Source: Paraglomus brasilianum
Lineage: Eukaryota
Assembly: GCA_910592345.1 (NCBI GenBank)
Contig: CAJVPI010000028.1
Coordinates: forward strand, 1-64,000
DNA length: 64,000 bases
Direction: 5' to 3'
Shown here: in pieces, positions 13,477 through 27,973 of the stretch
Position numbering within the stretch: the first letter of the stretch is position 1
Layout of the letters: each line of letters begins with the position of its first letter
Position numbers and translations under genes: made by a program
The notes under the pieces: generated by a model
Database searches by the model: none
The model's input: the letters and a program-made list of their open reading frames with translations, nothing else
Told to the model about the DNA's origin: nothing

Positions 13477-13820
13477 CAGTCCTACCCCATTTGTATCCCA
13501 TTCAGATATATCCATGGTCCCGATTTCCCATGCCTATAATAATCTATTATGATCGTGCCTCGTTTATATCGCTTATTACTATCCCCTATGACACTTGTAT
13601 TACACAAAATATCACGCCACTTTTAATAAGCGCAAATCATGCTTGGGCGATTTAGTAGAAAAGTCAAAAACGCCAAACTTTATTAACAGAATTTATCAAC
13701 CAATAAAATTGCATGCTTTAAATAACGTTACACACACACATATACCTCAATTGTATCCCACCTCGAAATATCCCCGAAAAAGCTCCGTCCCAAAGCGGGG
13801 ATATAAACGAGGTAGGACTG
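13477..13820. mobile_element. pogo-type MITE with TIRs and TA flanks
   Basis: TA-CAGTCCTACCCCATTTGTATCCC ... GGGATATAAACGAGGTAGGACTG-TA (about 23-bp imperfect TIR). Confidence 0.85.
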
Positions 13821-15438
13821 TATTAATATACTCAATACATTGATAATAACAATGGTGTCAAAGATAACTAAATTAACATATCTATGGTAAATCTATTTTA
13901 TTAATAATAATTGTGTTAACTACAAAAATGTGCAATATTTACAATGTCATAGTACATGTACGAGGCATTGTTTAAATTGGAGCACATGAAAGACTGCCTT
14001 TTGATATACAGTAGAAGACGTGAGTATTTCTAAAAATAAATTGCCACAGGTTTCAGATTTGTTTTTTGAATTCTATTCAATAACCAAGCTTTTCCTTTTT
14101 TGACACACACAACAGTATCGGTATTCCTAATCATAATCGCCCCCTGTAGCACATGAACTTTATCTGCACTGTTTGATGATTCGGTCAAAGTCGACTTAGT
14201 TAATATTCCTGTATATATATTATTTACTTGTGCAGGTGCTCTTGGAGCTTCAGGGCGGGGTTATGCGACACAAAACTGCAAAACTTCTCATTGGGCTGAA
14301 AAGCGTGCGAACATAGAGTAGAGCGCCCGCCTTTTCGCATGCTCCAATCGGTCTATTCGAACTGTTTTCCAAGACTGATGGAACCACTCCACCTGTGTCA
14401 ATCAGCTATAAAACTGCGAGTTACGTGTAGTTGTAATCAAGAGTTTGGTTACTTCATTACGAACATATAAGTTTAGGAGTCTTTGCTGATTTTAAGGTAA
14501 ATCTCCCGGATTGGGTTAGTTATTTTGACTACCTTTACAAGTAATAATCAACATTCTGCTTATGGCCTACCGTAAATGGATGTCATGACATCTTGTTCGA
14601 CTTTTTTTGCATCGTGTGTTTTCAGTTTATGGGCAATGAAGAGCAATTAGTACTAGGACATGTTAAGGTCAGTATTGTGATTTTTTTTTTTTTCAGATTA
14701 TAAAAAATAACGTTAGTAGTCTTTCACATCATGAGATAGCATTAATATTCTCGTTTGACCTAGTTACATTGGCTTGAAAATTCACATATAAAAATTAACA
14801 ACAAGGTCGTCATACTATAACTTTAATTATATTGTATAGCATGTTTATTATCTATCAATCCATAAAGTCATCCGTGTGGAATTTGATATATGTTGCAGTT
14901 GATAAAAATCTAATATAACAAAAGCAAATAATTAGCTATATTGATATCCAAAGTGAGGCTTAAGGGTGTAATATTAATATTAGGAAAGTTTTATTGTAAC
15001 TATTTAAACTTAGAATTTGGAAGCAATGAAATCTTAATATTGATAAAACAACTCAGATATTAGGGGCTTGAAGCATTTGTCACACGGTTGTAAACTTGTA
15101 CAATGTGTGACAACTACAATTTACTAACCTAAATATATCAAGAATTGTTGTTCAAGATTTTTACTCTTCGCTCTTGGACAGTGTGCAGACTATAGTAGCT
15201 TGCTAGTAAGGTGTGCGTACAATATGTCCGTAATATGTATACGTTTAAGCAAAAAAGGGGGGTTCTTTATCCCGTAAAATCGAACTAAATAGAAGTTGGC
15301 TACTGGGAACAGCAAAGTCCAAACTGGCAAGTTAAACAGACTATTGTAAAATGTCCAGGATATATACCGTAAGCATTAGTTGTTATCTAGCATGTAATCG
15401 GTTGTACAATGGACATAAGTTTGCAGCCTAGCGTTTGT

Positions 15439-15490
15439 CTAGATTCTCGCAAAATCCCGTGTGCCTAGATTCTCGCAAAATCCCGTGTGC
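15439..15490 (+). repeat. Perfect 26-bp tandem duplication
   Basis: CTAGATTCTCGCAAAATCCCGTGTGC twice in tandem. Confidence 0.95.
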
Positions 15491-16913
15491 AGTATGCAAC
15501 ATCTCCGTAACAGTACAACAAACCGCCATCTACTTTCGTTAAAGTCCGAGACGAGCCTTCCGTTGAGGTCCAATATTTTGGGGCATTGCGATTTCGTCCA
15601 TAGAACGCTAATGCAGATCTAACGAAGTGTGGGCAATAAAAAAAATTTTATTTGTGACGCACAAACACACATGATCATTAAGTAATATATTCGTGCATGT
15701 GGCAGACTATGTTTTTTGATAATCAGAAGACTAGGGAAAACCCAATGGTTTTACGTCCACGTGAATGTGAAAGAATTTTTTGTAACACAAAAGGGAAGAA
15801 AGAAAGAAAGAACATCCTGCATTTCTTTGTGTGATGGTTAAACATTCTCCCGTTCGTACCACCTAACTTTAAAAGTGCTAGATATTCACGCTCACACACT
15901 TCTATATATCATTGGCCATCCGGTCAGCTGGTATACATCTTAATAGCAGTCCGTCGAGATTGTGCTGTTCCCTGCACTTGGCGCAATGCATTATCGTTTT
16001 TAATAGAGTAGACTCCTAATAATAAAGCAAGAGCATTCATATCTATGCGTATAATTAACTCTGCCATATGCTCTCGATACAAAAGCTTGTGGGCAGCCGC
16101 AAACGGTAAATATCTGATATTCGTCCGAACCGAGAAAGTTCATTCTAATTATATACCATATATGATGTATTGAAAAAGCCCCTTAAATTCTATTACAAGA
16201 AAGACAATACTAAAGTGGTCTTATCTGCTTTATTGTTAACGGCAATACAAATTGTGCTACAGTGCACCGTAAAATAAAATGTCCGGCATCCCTTTACCGT
16301 CCTGCTGTATGAAGAAGGGGCTCACGCGTGCCACTTGTTGAAAATCAAATATCGGCGAGCGCTATAACCCGCTACCACTACTGCTACGCAGGCTACGATT
16401 TATGACGCTGGCAAAACAAGCAAGATTTGGTACCTTGATTTATATGTTGTAGTATAATCAGCAAATTTTGCTCTTGTTCAAGTAACCCCTTATTACATCG
16501 TTAGTATTGAAGGATTAAAAAAGTCACTCCAGATGCAGTTCGCTATATTTTTGGCATGTGTTTTGCTCTCTTATCAGATAAAGTTATTTTATCCATTGTT
16601 GAGAAGGTTTCGGTGTTTGTCTGTGGAAATCTGTAACCCACCAATAACATCAAGGTTAATTTTACTTATCCCATCTGGCGAAACCATATTTCTATCATAA
16701 TGCGATTCATTCAAGGCGCTAGTTTCACAAAATTGATCATAACCGGATATTACTATGGGAACGATGTAATATACAACCAGTGGATGCGTCATTGGAATGC
16801 CGCTCGCTGTTATTGACTAAAACAAACCTATGACTATGCTAAACAGAATAGGCAAAACTTTAATAGTCATGTGAACAGTTTTTTTTATATAACGGCGTTG
16901 TATCTGTGGCTAC

Positions 16914-19900
16914 ATGGTAATTATAAACTCTTGTCCTTATACTCTTGCGCTTTTGTCAATTGTTAACACTGACGAGTCTCTATTGTCTTTATAGACACAA
17001 AGTCTCTCAAAAATACGAATTGCTGCTGCAACTTACTTGGAAGTTATGCACCGTAAGTATACGCTCTTTTTTATTAGTATGTCGACGAACTATATTCTAT
17101 AAAACATTGCGTATTAAAAATACTTGGCATTATAAATTAGCTTTGACTATGTAATATTCGCGCATTAATTATTCTAGTCCATTACAATTGTTTGTTAAGC
17201 CCTTTTCCCCGTTGTAGCAGTTTTGTCGCTTTACTGATTTTATGTTCTAATTGATTGTATACTTTATTTGCTTTATAATACAGTCTTTCGATTTTCAGAT
17301 TACGCCCACAATGAAGACTTTGTGCAAAAAATAAAGACGCTGCTCGAGTCGTTCAACAAACTGCGGGAAGAAGACTTTGATAAAATATACGAGCAGTACA
17401 TACGTCCAGTAGTCAACGTGACCAAGTTCGACTACAAACTCACACAAGTTGCATTTGCCGCATTATGTCTTCACGTGGCATTACTCGGGTCAGCATCATA
17501 TACGGAGAAACATGGACCTTATGTTGCGTCGAAAATAGCTACTTGGATAATCAATGATGCGAAATTAAAAGTCCTCACCCATATAATTCGTTTGCTCAAC
17601 ATTGCAGAGTGCGGATGGGACATAGACTACTCGATAAAGACAATCGAAGAGATAGTGGAAACTATATCTTTACCCAGCACTATAGCATCATGGAATGGTA
17701 CTATCTCTGGTGTAAATACGGATAATTATTCATTGACAACTACAAAGGTTGTTTTCCTAGACTTTCTGAATGTAGTCTGCGCTCACTGTTCACTTGAAGG
17801 AGCAAGACGGTTAGTAAAGTTTTTTGTACGTTGTTATATATCGAGCTATTTTCATGACAAAGAAGACAATGGGTATAATTTGACAAAAGTATGTGACGAA
17901 ATAGTAAAAAGCCCAAAGTTTTACAAATTTCCTTACATCAAAGACGTATTTTTCGACCTTTGTACGGAAGAGCTCTTGTTTATTGGACCACGAACTACCG
18001 ACACGCCTTCTGCTCAGTTCAACAAAACCTTGAAAATTTTTGAAATACTAAAAAACTCTTGGTATCAAACTATTCCACACGCAGCTCACCTATTTACGCC
18101 TACAAAAGACCCAGCTGTCGATAACGACTATATTACGGATTCTAGTTTCGGTTCTGATTCCGATTCTGATCTCGACATTCAAAATTCGGACTACGAGTTT
18201 TCCAGCCATATATACAGTAGCGCACGGGCCCTAAGAAATAGGATGAGAGCAATAATTGATCTTATTGGAACCATTCCAGCGGATCACTTTAACGACAGGC
18301 AAAAAGACGGGTTAATTCTCCAGACAATGCTTGTTGAAAAAATAGTCGACAAAAAAGGACTCGATATCTCTGATACAATGCAAGTTTGCAGAAGGTTCAT
18401 CTATACTATGATGAACGGCGGTAGCAAGGGCATGTTGATTTATCATCCAGCGTATTACATGTGGTGGATCACAAATGCGATATCTCAAGATGGAAAAATG
18501 CAACAGTACACCAAGTCTCCCAAATATGTCGCGTATGAAAAAGAAATATCGAATCAAATGGCCGACATTATCGAAAAAACTGTAAAGGTAGCGCAAATGT
18601 CGATGCAATTTTTGTTCCAAAACCCATCATCAGCGTATACTTTGCAGTATGTGGATACAATAAGTGAATTTCTGAGAAATTTGCCAACTCCACTTTTATC
18701 GGCCGGTAAATTTGCCGAATGGATGGACGATACCGTAGAAAACCTTGAATATCAATGGTGTCTGCGACTCATTGCTGACTTTTTAGAGGATGGCATTCAA
18801 TGTTACAATGACAGTGAATCGCTGGTAACATTGTCACTTTTTGTCAAAGATCAATTAAATATAGCGTTTGATTGCTTGACTAGTAAACAATATACAGAAT
18901 TTCTGATCGACAAGTTTGAAGAAGTTGAACTTCTTCTGCGAACTCTCAAGATTGTTGTCACTTATATTAAACGTATGCCAGACATTGCGGCAAAAAGAGA
19001 CATTCTTGATCATATAAATGAAAAGCTAAACAGACTTGCTACAACAGTTTTAATCATAATGGATTGCACAGACGATATCAGCCAGCGTGTAGTAGAAAAT
19101 GTATTGACAGTCTTTTCCATATCAGTTGATTGTGTTCAGTTCTCAAATAGCGAAACAGCCAGCGCGTGGAAATTATTGCTAATGTTCTGTGAGTTGCTCT
19201 ACCTACTAATGAATCGCACATCAACGGAAGTTCAGTCAGCCGAACTGATGGTCAGCAGTTTTATCGGTACGTTGACAAGAAATCAATTCGAATACGTTTA
19301 CAAAGGCATGATCAATATAATCAATGACAAAATCAAGGAAAATGCAACCAACGATCTCAACATTCTCGTCAAGTTAATCGATTGCATGATTAGGAGAAAA
19401 GACTTTAACGAATCGATAAAGGAAAATCTGACGGCAGTGATCGGTACTTTGTGCAATGCTGGCTACCGTCGAATAACGCAAAACACCTTGATTCGCTTGA
19501 TGAATTTAATCGCATATATCTGTAGTCTGAGAGACTTTAAGATACAATTGGTACATGTCGACGATATAATCACGATGCTTCACGCTCTTCTCTGTAATTA
19601 CGAGTCTGACAATCAGACCGAATCAGCGTCGATATTTATCGAAGCCTGCAGATTGCTTCTCATACTGGTCACCTTGCACAGTTTGGAATTGAAAAAGTCG
19701 GGAGCGATTCGTCTGGTTGCACCAACGACCTATATTCTGTTGTTGCTGCTGAAGGGTCCACAAACCGGTGGTCACGCCTTGACGCCCAAGTTCGCCATAC
19801 ATTCGGTGGACAAGAAAACTCGTGGAACAATGGCGTATCAATTTCGAAGACTCCTTGAGGCGGTCTCGCATAATCTGCGCTTCACCATAATTACAGAGGA

Positions 19901-20111
19901 TGTTCCGCTCATCCTTTCGGAATACATCAGCCTGCTGCTTGTTGAAGAAAGGAAAAGTGTCAAAGATATCTTGAGGCCTGGCACATTTGCGCTGTTTGAT
20001 CTGTGTGATACAAATGAAGTCGAGATAACTATGGGTTATCTAAGCAAAATTGGAGAGGAACTGTTCGGAGAATTGTGGAATGCATACAATGCGGCGAAGA
20101 TTAATATGTGA
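16914..20111 (+). CDS. Large alpha-helical protein with Urb2/Npa2-like C-terminal domain
   Basis: ORF 17268-20111 ends in PLILSEYI..LRPGTFALFDLC..LFGELWNAY, an Urb2-like pattern. Plausible 5' exons ATG(16914-16916)/16995-17051/17284- splice in frame (MTQSLSKIRIAAATYLEVMHLFRFSDY); the true start is uncertain. Confidence 0.62.
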
Positions 20112-20700
20112 ACAATATTTCCATATGCGAAACATACAGTGCCACAAAGGCAAATATTGTTGCTAACGCGAATTGCAATTACGCCATTATTTGGTTATAC
20201 AGCTTTTTCGCTTAATATAGATTTTTAAGTACTTATTTATCATTTGTTTAGACTAGATCTTGTTTAAGAGACTGCTTTAAACAAGTAGTATTTAGAATAT
20301 AATAAATTTCATCGTTCGTATATTGATTGTCAGGCTGGGATGCTTTTGAAAAAAAGGGGGAGGTGGGACACAATATCTAAAGGCAAGCAGTCTCTATAAG
20401 ATTATGTATAATAAGCAACCATTATTTAAAATAAAGCCGATATGTATGCCCGTTGGCGTTCCAAATGTGCCTTTCTCTCCGATGATGCTTACCCTAACAT
20501 GGTTGCGGCACCCGCCATATCCATATATCATGGTGAGAAATAACTAACATATAAATAGCAGGCTTGCCTAACCTTAACCATAACCCAAACCGAGTTTGCT
20601 GGATTTACAATTTTTCATAACAGTAGGCTTTACTTCATTTATGATAAAGGTGGTATACACGTTTGTTAACGTTGTGCTTGAAGATAATTATTCACAAAGA

Positions 20701-21241
20701 ACCCTCCATAAATGCATTTAGAGAGGGTAAGAATTTGATTGGCTGCACGTGAAATTAGGAAATAACTAAATATTATTGGTTGTTTATTGTTCCATCGTAG
20801 TCTGTCTCATTGCAGTCGTCTTTAGATTAATATATTTGTCAAGAGCTTTGATATGTTTAAATAGTTCCTCAGCATCGTTTTGTTGTAAAAAATTATAAAC
20901 TATTTCTAAACCTTTTGAAGCCTCGTTAACACTGTCATCGGCTTCTTCACTATTGCTATCAATAGGTAAATCTGACTGCTGCCTATATAATTCAACAAGT
21001 TCTTCGTTGTCAGGAACTACATAAACCTCCTCCTCTTCTGGGTTATTTAGAAATTCTTCAATCGACATAGTATCGGGAAGGTTGAGGGATGTAAGCATCG
21101 GGCACGGTAATTTATTTATTTGGTCTTTGTCTACAATCGTGGGGTACGTGGGGTACAAATTTATTAACACTATCGATATCACGTGAAATCACGGGCGTGC
21201 ATTTATGGAGGGTGTGCATTTATGGAGGGTGTGCATTTATG
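20701..21241 (-). mobile_element. pogo/Tigger (CENP-B-like) deletion derivative
   Basis: ACCCTCCATAAATGCA at 20701 is inverted relative to tandem TGCATTTATGGAGGGT copies at about 21198-21240. ORF 20784-21182 (MSIEEFLNNPEEEEV..EASKGLEIVYNFLQQ..RQTT) resembles pogo transposase C-termini. Confidence 0.7.
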
Positions 21242-24200
21242 CAATCGAACGAAAGTCTTCAGAGAAAAGACGCGTACGAAAACTATCACTATGTTGTATT
21301 ATATAATTACTGATTCGTGATACGAGAGATAAAATCAAATTCTACGAAATTTTACTATCCTGTATAATGTCAAAATAATATTGTACGAAATTAAACGGCA
21401 AAAAATATTTTATTCGAACAGATGACTATCAAAAATGCTGGGTATCAGTGAAAACGTGACTTTACTGCGGATATATCAAAAACGGAACTTAAATTGCCGA
21501 CCTATCAAAAACGAAACTTCCGCCTGAGAGTCATTTGTTATAACCCGATTTAAAGGTTGTCCGACTTACGGGTTTATCGCGATTATATATATTAACATGT
21601 GTTACGGCGAGCTGATCTGATGAAGCAGATAATTAAGTCACATGACAAAATCTTCCTCCGCAGTTAAACAAACCCATGGCCGACACGGAAATTTTGCGAC
21701 GACGCCAATTTAGAGCGCAGCAACATGTCGCGAAATAAGTGACAGCACAAACGCTAAAATTAATTGTTCTTCATAGTATAATAATTAAGAAACGTGCCGT
21801 TTTTCTTGCGACGCAAAAGATATATAAATAGCTCTTCCTCCATCGTCAAATCTTCATGTTTTATGTTCGAACGTTGAAATCATTGTAAAATAAATAATAC
21901 TCCTGATATACTTCCGAAATCCTTATTTATAAATATACATAATTTAATATTCTATCGTCGAAATAATTGATTATTAGACTGGGCACTCCAATAAACGGCT
22001 GTAACGGAATAGCATTGATTTGATCAAGCTAGTAAGCTGTCCGCTGATCAATTACGTGAATAACGGAACGAGAGTTTATAATTAATTATCGAGACGATCA
22101 TTGTTTACTTAGTTAGTAAAGACAAGTAACAGATATCGACTAGTCGACAAACAAATCGAAGATAGTCCTGCTTAATTTTAATAGTATTATTCCCTTCGAT
22201 TCTTTAATAGAATAGTTGTTGTTATTATTCTATTAGAGATATCCTTATTTGTATTCACGTGTGTTTAAAACTCGAATAGGGGGTGAAAAGCGCGCAAAAC
22301 TAATTAAGGTCACTTGTAGGCTTAATTCAGTCTTAATTGTACAACTATCGTAGTAAGGGCGATAGTACGAGAGTATGGTAACGTCCCCCGGTCGGCAAAC
22401 ACACCTACTTATCGAATTTTTAATATTGAAAAAAAAAACTTTGTATTAATAAATTGCTTTAACTTCTCATAATTTTTGGCATCCTTCTCTCAACATTATA
22501 TTTGGGGTAGACTGCAACAAAACCAGACAAAGTGAACATTTGACCATGTGCACTGAAAAGGCTGGTGTGGTTGGAAAATCAACTAATTTAGCAGATGACA
22601 TTTTGGTAAGGCTTTGCTCAATTTATAGCTGTGGCTCATGTACCAATGCAGACTATTTTTGATATTTTAGACCTATTGCGACATTGTGTATAAGTGAGTG
22701 CAACTGGCATCCATGTATAAAAGCAAAATGAATTCACATTCACCAAACAAAAACACTTGCATCAACAAAATATACGTCAAATTCGTACGCATGTAGCGAA
22801 AATTTTTACTAATGCTCGCAATATCATTTTACATATATTTTTGTAACTTTATTGATTTATCTGTTTAATGAAACGACTTAAGTCTAACAGTTTTGTCGAT
22901 TTTTTCTTTAACTTTTGCTTTTCTGTTCCAGATGTGGTCATGCTTAGGTAAAGCGTGTTGTGCTTTTGTAGCAAGATGTGTCTGTACAAAGGAAAGCGAA
23001 AAGTTCGTGATCGGTCGTTAGTGTTCTGGCGTTTCCCTTTTTCCTACGCAATTTACCTCTAAATTTGGCCCAGGTATATAGACATTATTACATAAGGCCT
23101 TTCAGAATCTGGGATGGCGAAAGTGGAGTACGTGGAATCTGATCATTTGGTGAATCAGTAACATGACTGTCTGTGACGTACTTTATCAGCTTCTGGTTAC
23201 GTACTCGCAGTTTGAACGTATTTCGAGCAAAATTCCTCACGTGTCTCAGTGATATTACGACGAGTTCGAATCCATTTTTTCATGGTAGCGATGGTAAGCA
23301 AAGCAAAGCATTTCTTCACCGAAAGTTGTCTGATATGTATTAAGCCAGCGTTTTTCGAATAGCTCTGGATGCCTATTTCGCTAAACACTTGGTCGTATAC
23401 CGACTTTCTTCTCGCGAATAGGAACACCATCGTAACCCATTGCCCTATACGGACGACTAGACGGTGCATGGGTTAATCGTTTTCTAAAAAAGCTGGGCAA
23501 TTGGAGAATATGAACGGGTAAGTATTCCAACTTTAGGCGTGGAAGGGTCCTGACAGGTATTATCTGAATCCGGATGAAGATAAAGACGATTTATTTTTCA
23601 AACATATTAGTATTAGATAGAACACTATTAATAACTTTGTTACATTTTTTAAAGAAGTCGACTGTTTAAAGACTTACAGAGTGGAGCATCAGAAAGAGCT
23701 ATTTGCATGGCTTTCGTTTCCCTTGCATTGCATTGAGATTACTGTTATTCTTATGTGTCTTGGAATCTCCGTGTTAACAACTCATTAGTTGGTCTCCCTA
23801 CTTCATTGTTACTAATGCCTTTTTTTTCAATTCTACAATGGAAAAATAAAGATGCATTTACTACTGATGTATTGAAACCATATCTGAGCTATTCCATAGC
23901 CAACATTGGTTATATGTTCAATGCTTTCCCTATCTAGCGATTGCGTTTACTTATTTACTTAAATGTCTCCTAACCCGTAAATTGAGATAATGACATTCTT
24001 TATAATTATTGGACCCTATACTAACACCAATATCCTCGGTGCATAGAATTAGGATAACAATAATAAACGAATGATTTATCAAAAGCAGATAATCAAGGAC
24101 CAGCTGTCTTAGCTATATAACAATAAGACTTTTACTATTTTGATATGAGTGTAATCAATTCATTCGCGATGTTCCACTTTTACGTTTTGCGCCGTAAATT

Positions 24201-25094
24201 TTACAACACTCTTAATCGTATGATTTTGATGGCGTTCTAATTCAATAGAATCATTGGCAATTAATGATCGTACGAGTTGTGGTCGGCCAATTGAAATCAA
24301 TCACGTCCAGCAAAAGGAGTGGAGTTTTTTTAAGAACGACCCAACAATCATAAGAGACGTAAATAGTAGAGTAAATAAAAATAGTTCACAAGAAGAATAT
24401 AGTGGAATTTATAATGTGCAACTTGAAAGATTTAGATGTTCCAACGCTGGCTTGGAAGTTTGCGTGAAATCGAAAGAAGATTTTATTACTGAATAAACAT
24501 TTAATAACTACACGTATATGGCAGACATTAACAATAATTAGAAAAAGAAATTCCACCAAGACATAGCAAATAGTTTAAGTAAACCAGTTACTATTTACTA
24601 GTGGCAAATAAATAAATAATTTTAATGCCGTGGCATGACTATTAACGTTGTATCAGATAGAAAGAAAATTAAAAATGTCCAAAGTGGCTGTTAAGTGATC
24701 GGTAATAACCAACTATAACCAAAAACTTAACCTATAACACATCAGTTAACCGAACTAAATAATGTCAACCCAAATTAAATAGACTAAGACAGCGTAACAG
24801 CGTGAAGTTAGAACGACGACGCAATAACTTGACAAGTCGGACAAACACGCAAAGAAAAGAAAGGCGCACGAGGACTTGAGGCAGGAAGGATCTAATCAAG
24901 GAGGGTAATATCAACAGAGCGAAATGAAATGTTGTATTTAATACCAAATAAGGGATTATACCATAAAAGTAACGCAATTTCCGATTCAATAAATTTCGTG
25001 GCACCCGTTCCGCCAACTGAATTTCTATAAATACAGTAGAAATTAGTTGTTGCTGATTCATCATCATTCGTACATTCTTGCGTATGCTCACAAT

Positions 25095-27763
25095 ATGCTA
25101 ATACTCAGGTGGTTTTCTCTATTATGGCTACTGATACAAGCCACGGTACTAAGCGAAGGAACTCAGCTTCAATCGAAAGTGAAGGAGCTGTATCCATCAA
25201 AGACTCTGAGCATTTGTTCCGTGAGTATCCGAAGATATTTGAATGAGCGTTTGGTCATTGAAGAGGCGACCGCGAACTTGAGGAGGGGAAAGGATAGCCA
25301 ACGTTTTCTGTTTGTGCACGTGGTTAGACAAATTGCTGGCGGAAATACATTCTCATAGAGACCAATGTTTCTTTTTGCATCCTAGCCCTCGGGTTTAATA
25401 AGCGACGCTTGTTGTACATTTGAAACAATAGAGGAAATAAACGATCGATTATCTGTGCGTCTTCACGATCTGGTCCAGACGGATTTCTTCAAATACTACA
25501 AAGTAAATTATCGATCATTCATTTTTTTCTTATTATTGCCCGGTTTTCTTTATGAAAGTCATCAGTCTTCTCACAGCTTCTTTTTTGATCAAATCGCGTA
25601 TCGTAGTTAAACCTTTTCAAAGAATGTCCGTTCTGGATAGAGAACGGCCAATGTGTGAACGAGGCATGTGCTGTGGAAACAATTGATGAGGTAGCGTGAT
25701 TTTGGTATAAGCATAGGAATAATCGCTTTGATCCGTTGACATGCATACTATCATTTCGTAAAAATAGTCGAACGTACCTGAAATGTGGCGGAGCAACGTT
25801 CTTGGTGCTCTACAGACCTCAGCCTCTGGTTCGGTAAGGTGTAATGATCATTCGATATGATGCGCGTCCTAGCTCTTAACGTTTACCCTTCCACATATTA
25901 CTATTATTAGCTTTTCCAACCATTTAAAAGTTGCGAGTTCAGAGAACAAGATTTCTGTGTAGTTGAAGATGAGAATGATAGAGGTGCTTTTTTTTTTTTC
26001 TCTTTTGAGCGGATCATCGGCAGCTTGGAATTTTATGATCTTTTATTTATCATGAATATTGTATAGACGGTACTTACGTCGACCTACTCGATAACCCGGA
26101 GCGCTTTACTGGTTACGCTGGCCCGTCAGCGGGACGCATCTGGAAATCCATATACGAAGAGAACTGTTTTAATATGGTCGATAGAATGGATTCCAAAAGT
26201 AATCTTCCTGGCATGACACTAGTCAATTTGGATAAATATGCTGCATTAAGACCTAATATTCAGGATCAGATTGAAATTGAAGTAGATGATACCTGTTTTG
26301 AAAAGAGGGTTTATTATCGACTGATTTCTGGTGAGTTTATATTGGGTGTTGTCGAAAACACTTGTACCAGATCGGTATGCTAGAACGCGATAATTTGCAT
26401 TACAGGGCTTCATTCTTCTATATCGATACACATATGTAATGAATATCTCAACCAAACGACGGGAGTATGGGTAAGACTTGTGCACTTTTTTTTGAAATCA
26501 CTTTTCAAAAATTACCTTCTCCTTGTATTGTTTGTCAATTGTACTCATTTTATTTATATTTCTCAGGGTCCAAATTATGACTGCTTCAACAAACGCATTG
26601 TCCCTTATCCCGAAAGATTACAGAATACTTATTTTGGTTATGTTGTCTTGCTAAGAGCAATCTCCAAAATGTCTGATTACTTGAAGAATTATGAATTTTG
26701 TACCGGCCATACAGAGCAAGATGCGCAAGTTAAATCCATGGTTACTGATTTGGTGAATACGGCAACTTCTTGTCCTGGAACCTTTGATGAGAAACTCATG
26801 TTTAGTTCCCCAAATTCCAGAGTAAGTATATATATATATATTTTTTACGTATGTATGCAAATGATTTTCTGGGTGTATTAATTGAATTTGTTAATACTCG
26901 TATCAGATTTTGAAAGAGGAATTTAAGGAGAGATTTAGAAACGTATCGAGGATAATGGATTGCGTCGGATGTGATAAATGCAGATTGTGGGGCAAACTAC
27001 AAGTATCTGGGCTAGGAACGGCATTAAAAGTTTTATTTTCATATGACGATGAATTCTTCAAGTATGTATACTCAATTTAAAAAAGCGGAGATTTGGTTCG
27101 ACTTTGTTATGGTACTGCAGGTAGTACATAGGATATTGTTCATGAAACGTATAATAATACTACTACAGTTTTGTAACAATGGGCGGATTAAATCTACCGC
27201 AAATTTCGACAGAATATCGGTAGACGTTGTCGGGTAAATGTGTTGAGAATTTTGCAACTAACTTCATATTCAACGCAATTATAGTCCAAAAGTGAACCCC
27301 AATTTATTGACACGTACGGAAATCGTGGCTTTATTCAACGCGTTCAACCGATTTTCAGAGAGCTTGAAGATTGTCAAAGAATTTAGAGAACTATATAAAC
27401 GAGTTAACGTTAACAGTCAGAAATCCGTTCCTCCACCGCCTCAGGTATTTGTTACCTCAATTGCGTCCTTTCCTCGTTGATGGTGATTCACACGGTTTTA
27501 TTTTAGCCTGTCAGTTCGCCAAAGTTGGCAACCTCAGCAAATGCTTCGCAGGACCCGTCATCGGATAACCAATTTGTGATTAATTTAATATTATCACTAC
27601 GAGATATGATTTCGCCGTACATAAAGAGACTATCCGGTTTGTTTTCCGTAAGTTAACTAGACCATAGAAATTGACTCGCTACCGGTGGACATTAATTTTC
27701 TGTAAATAGAAGAAACATTTTGCTTTGTTTATTTCAACAGTAATGAACTTTAGAACTCGGTAA
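25095..27763 (+). CDS. ERO1: ER oxidoreductin 1
   Basis: Signal peptide [108 protein letters not shown] (CxxCxxC). The extreme 3' exon is uncertain (27763 or about 27855). Confidence 0.95.
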
Positions 27764-27973
27764 GCTTTATTATTAATATTGGAACAAAATATTTGTATGA
27801 ACGTCTGATCTATAGAAATGTCTTGTATGTAGACATAAAGCTACCAAGTACATAATAATATTTGATATTACAATATAATAGATTACTTTTCAAAATTTGG
27901 TTTTTTTTATAAAGTTATATTAATCAATAGGTAAATTCTATACAAAAGTTCTCTCATTACTCCCATCCATTTG

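Noticed and set aside
14200..14700. Exon-like, GC-richer stretch
   Set aside because: Stops in all frames tried and no recognisable domain.
18312..19871. Antisense ORFs within the 947-aa ORF (and similar ones in HOM3, DPL1, RCHY1, hexokinase)
   Set aside because: Shadow frames of real genes with no recognisable motifs.
22380..24130. Transposase gene around ORF 23197-23469
   Set aside because: Looks like decayed coding DNA, but I could not identify a family motif or termini.
27721..27753. SNEL* ER-retention-like end for ERO1
   Set aside because: Out of frame with the phase-0 splice from the preceding exon.
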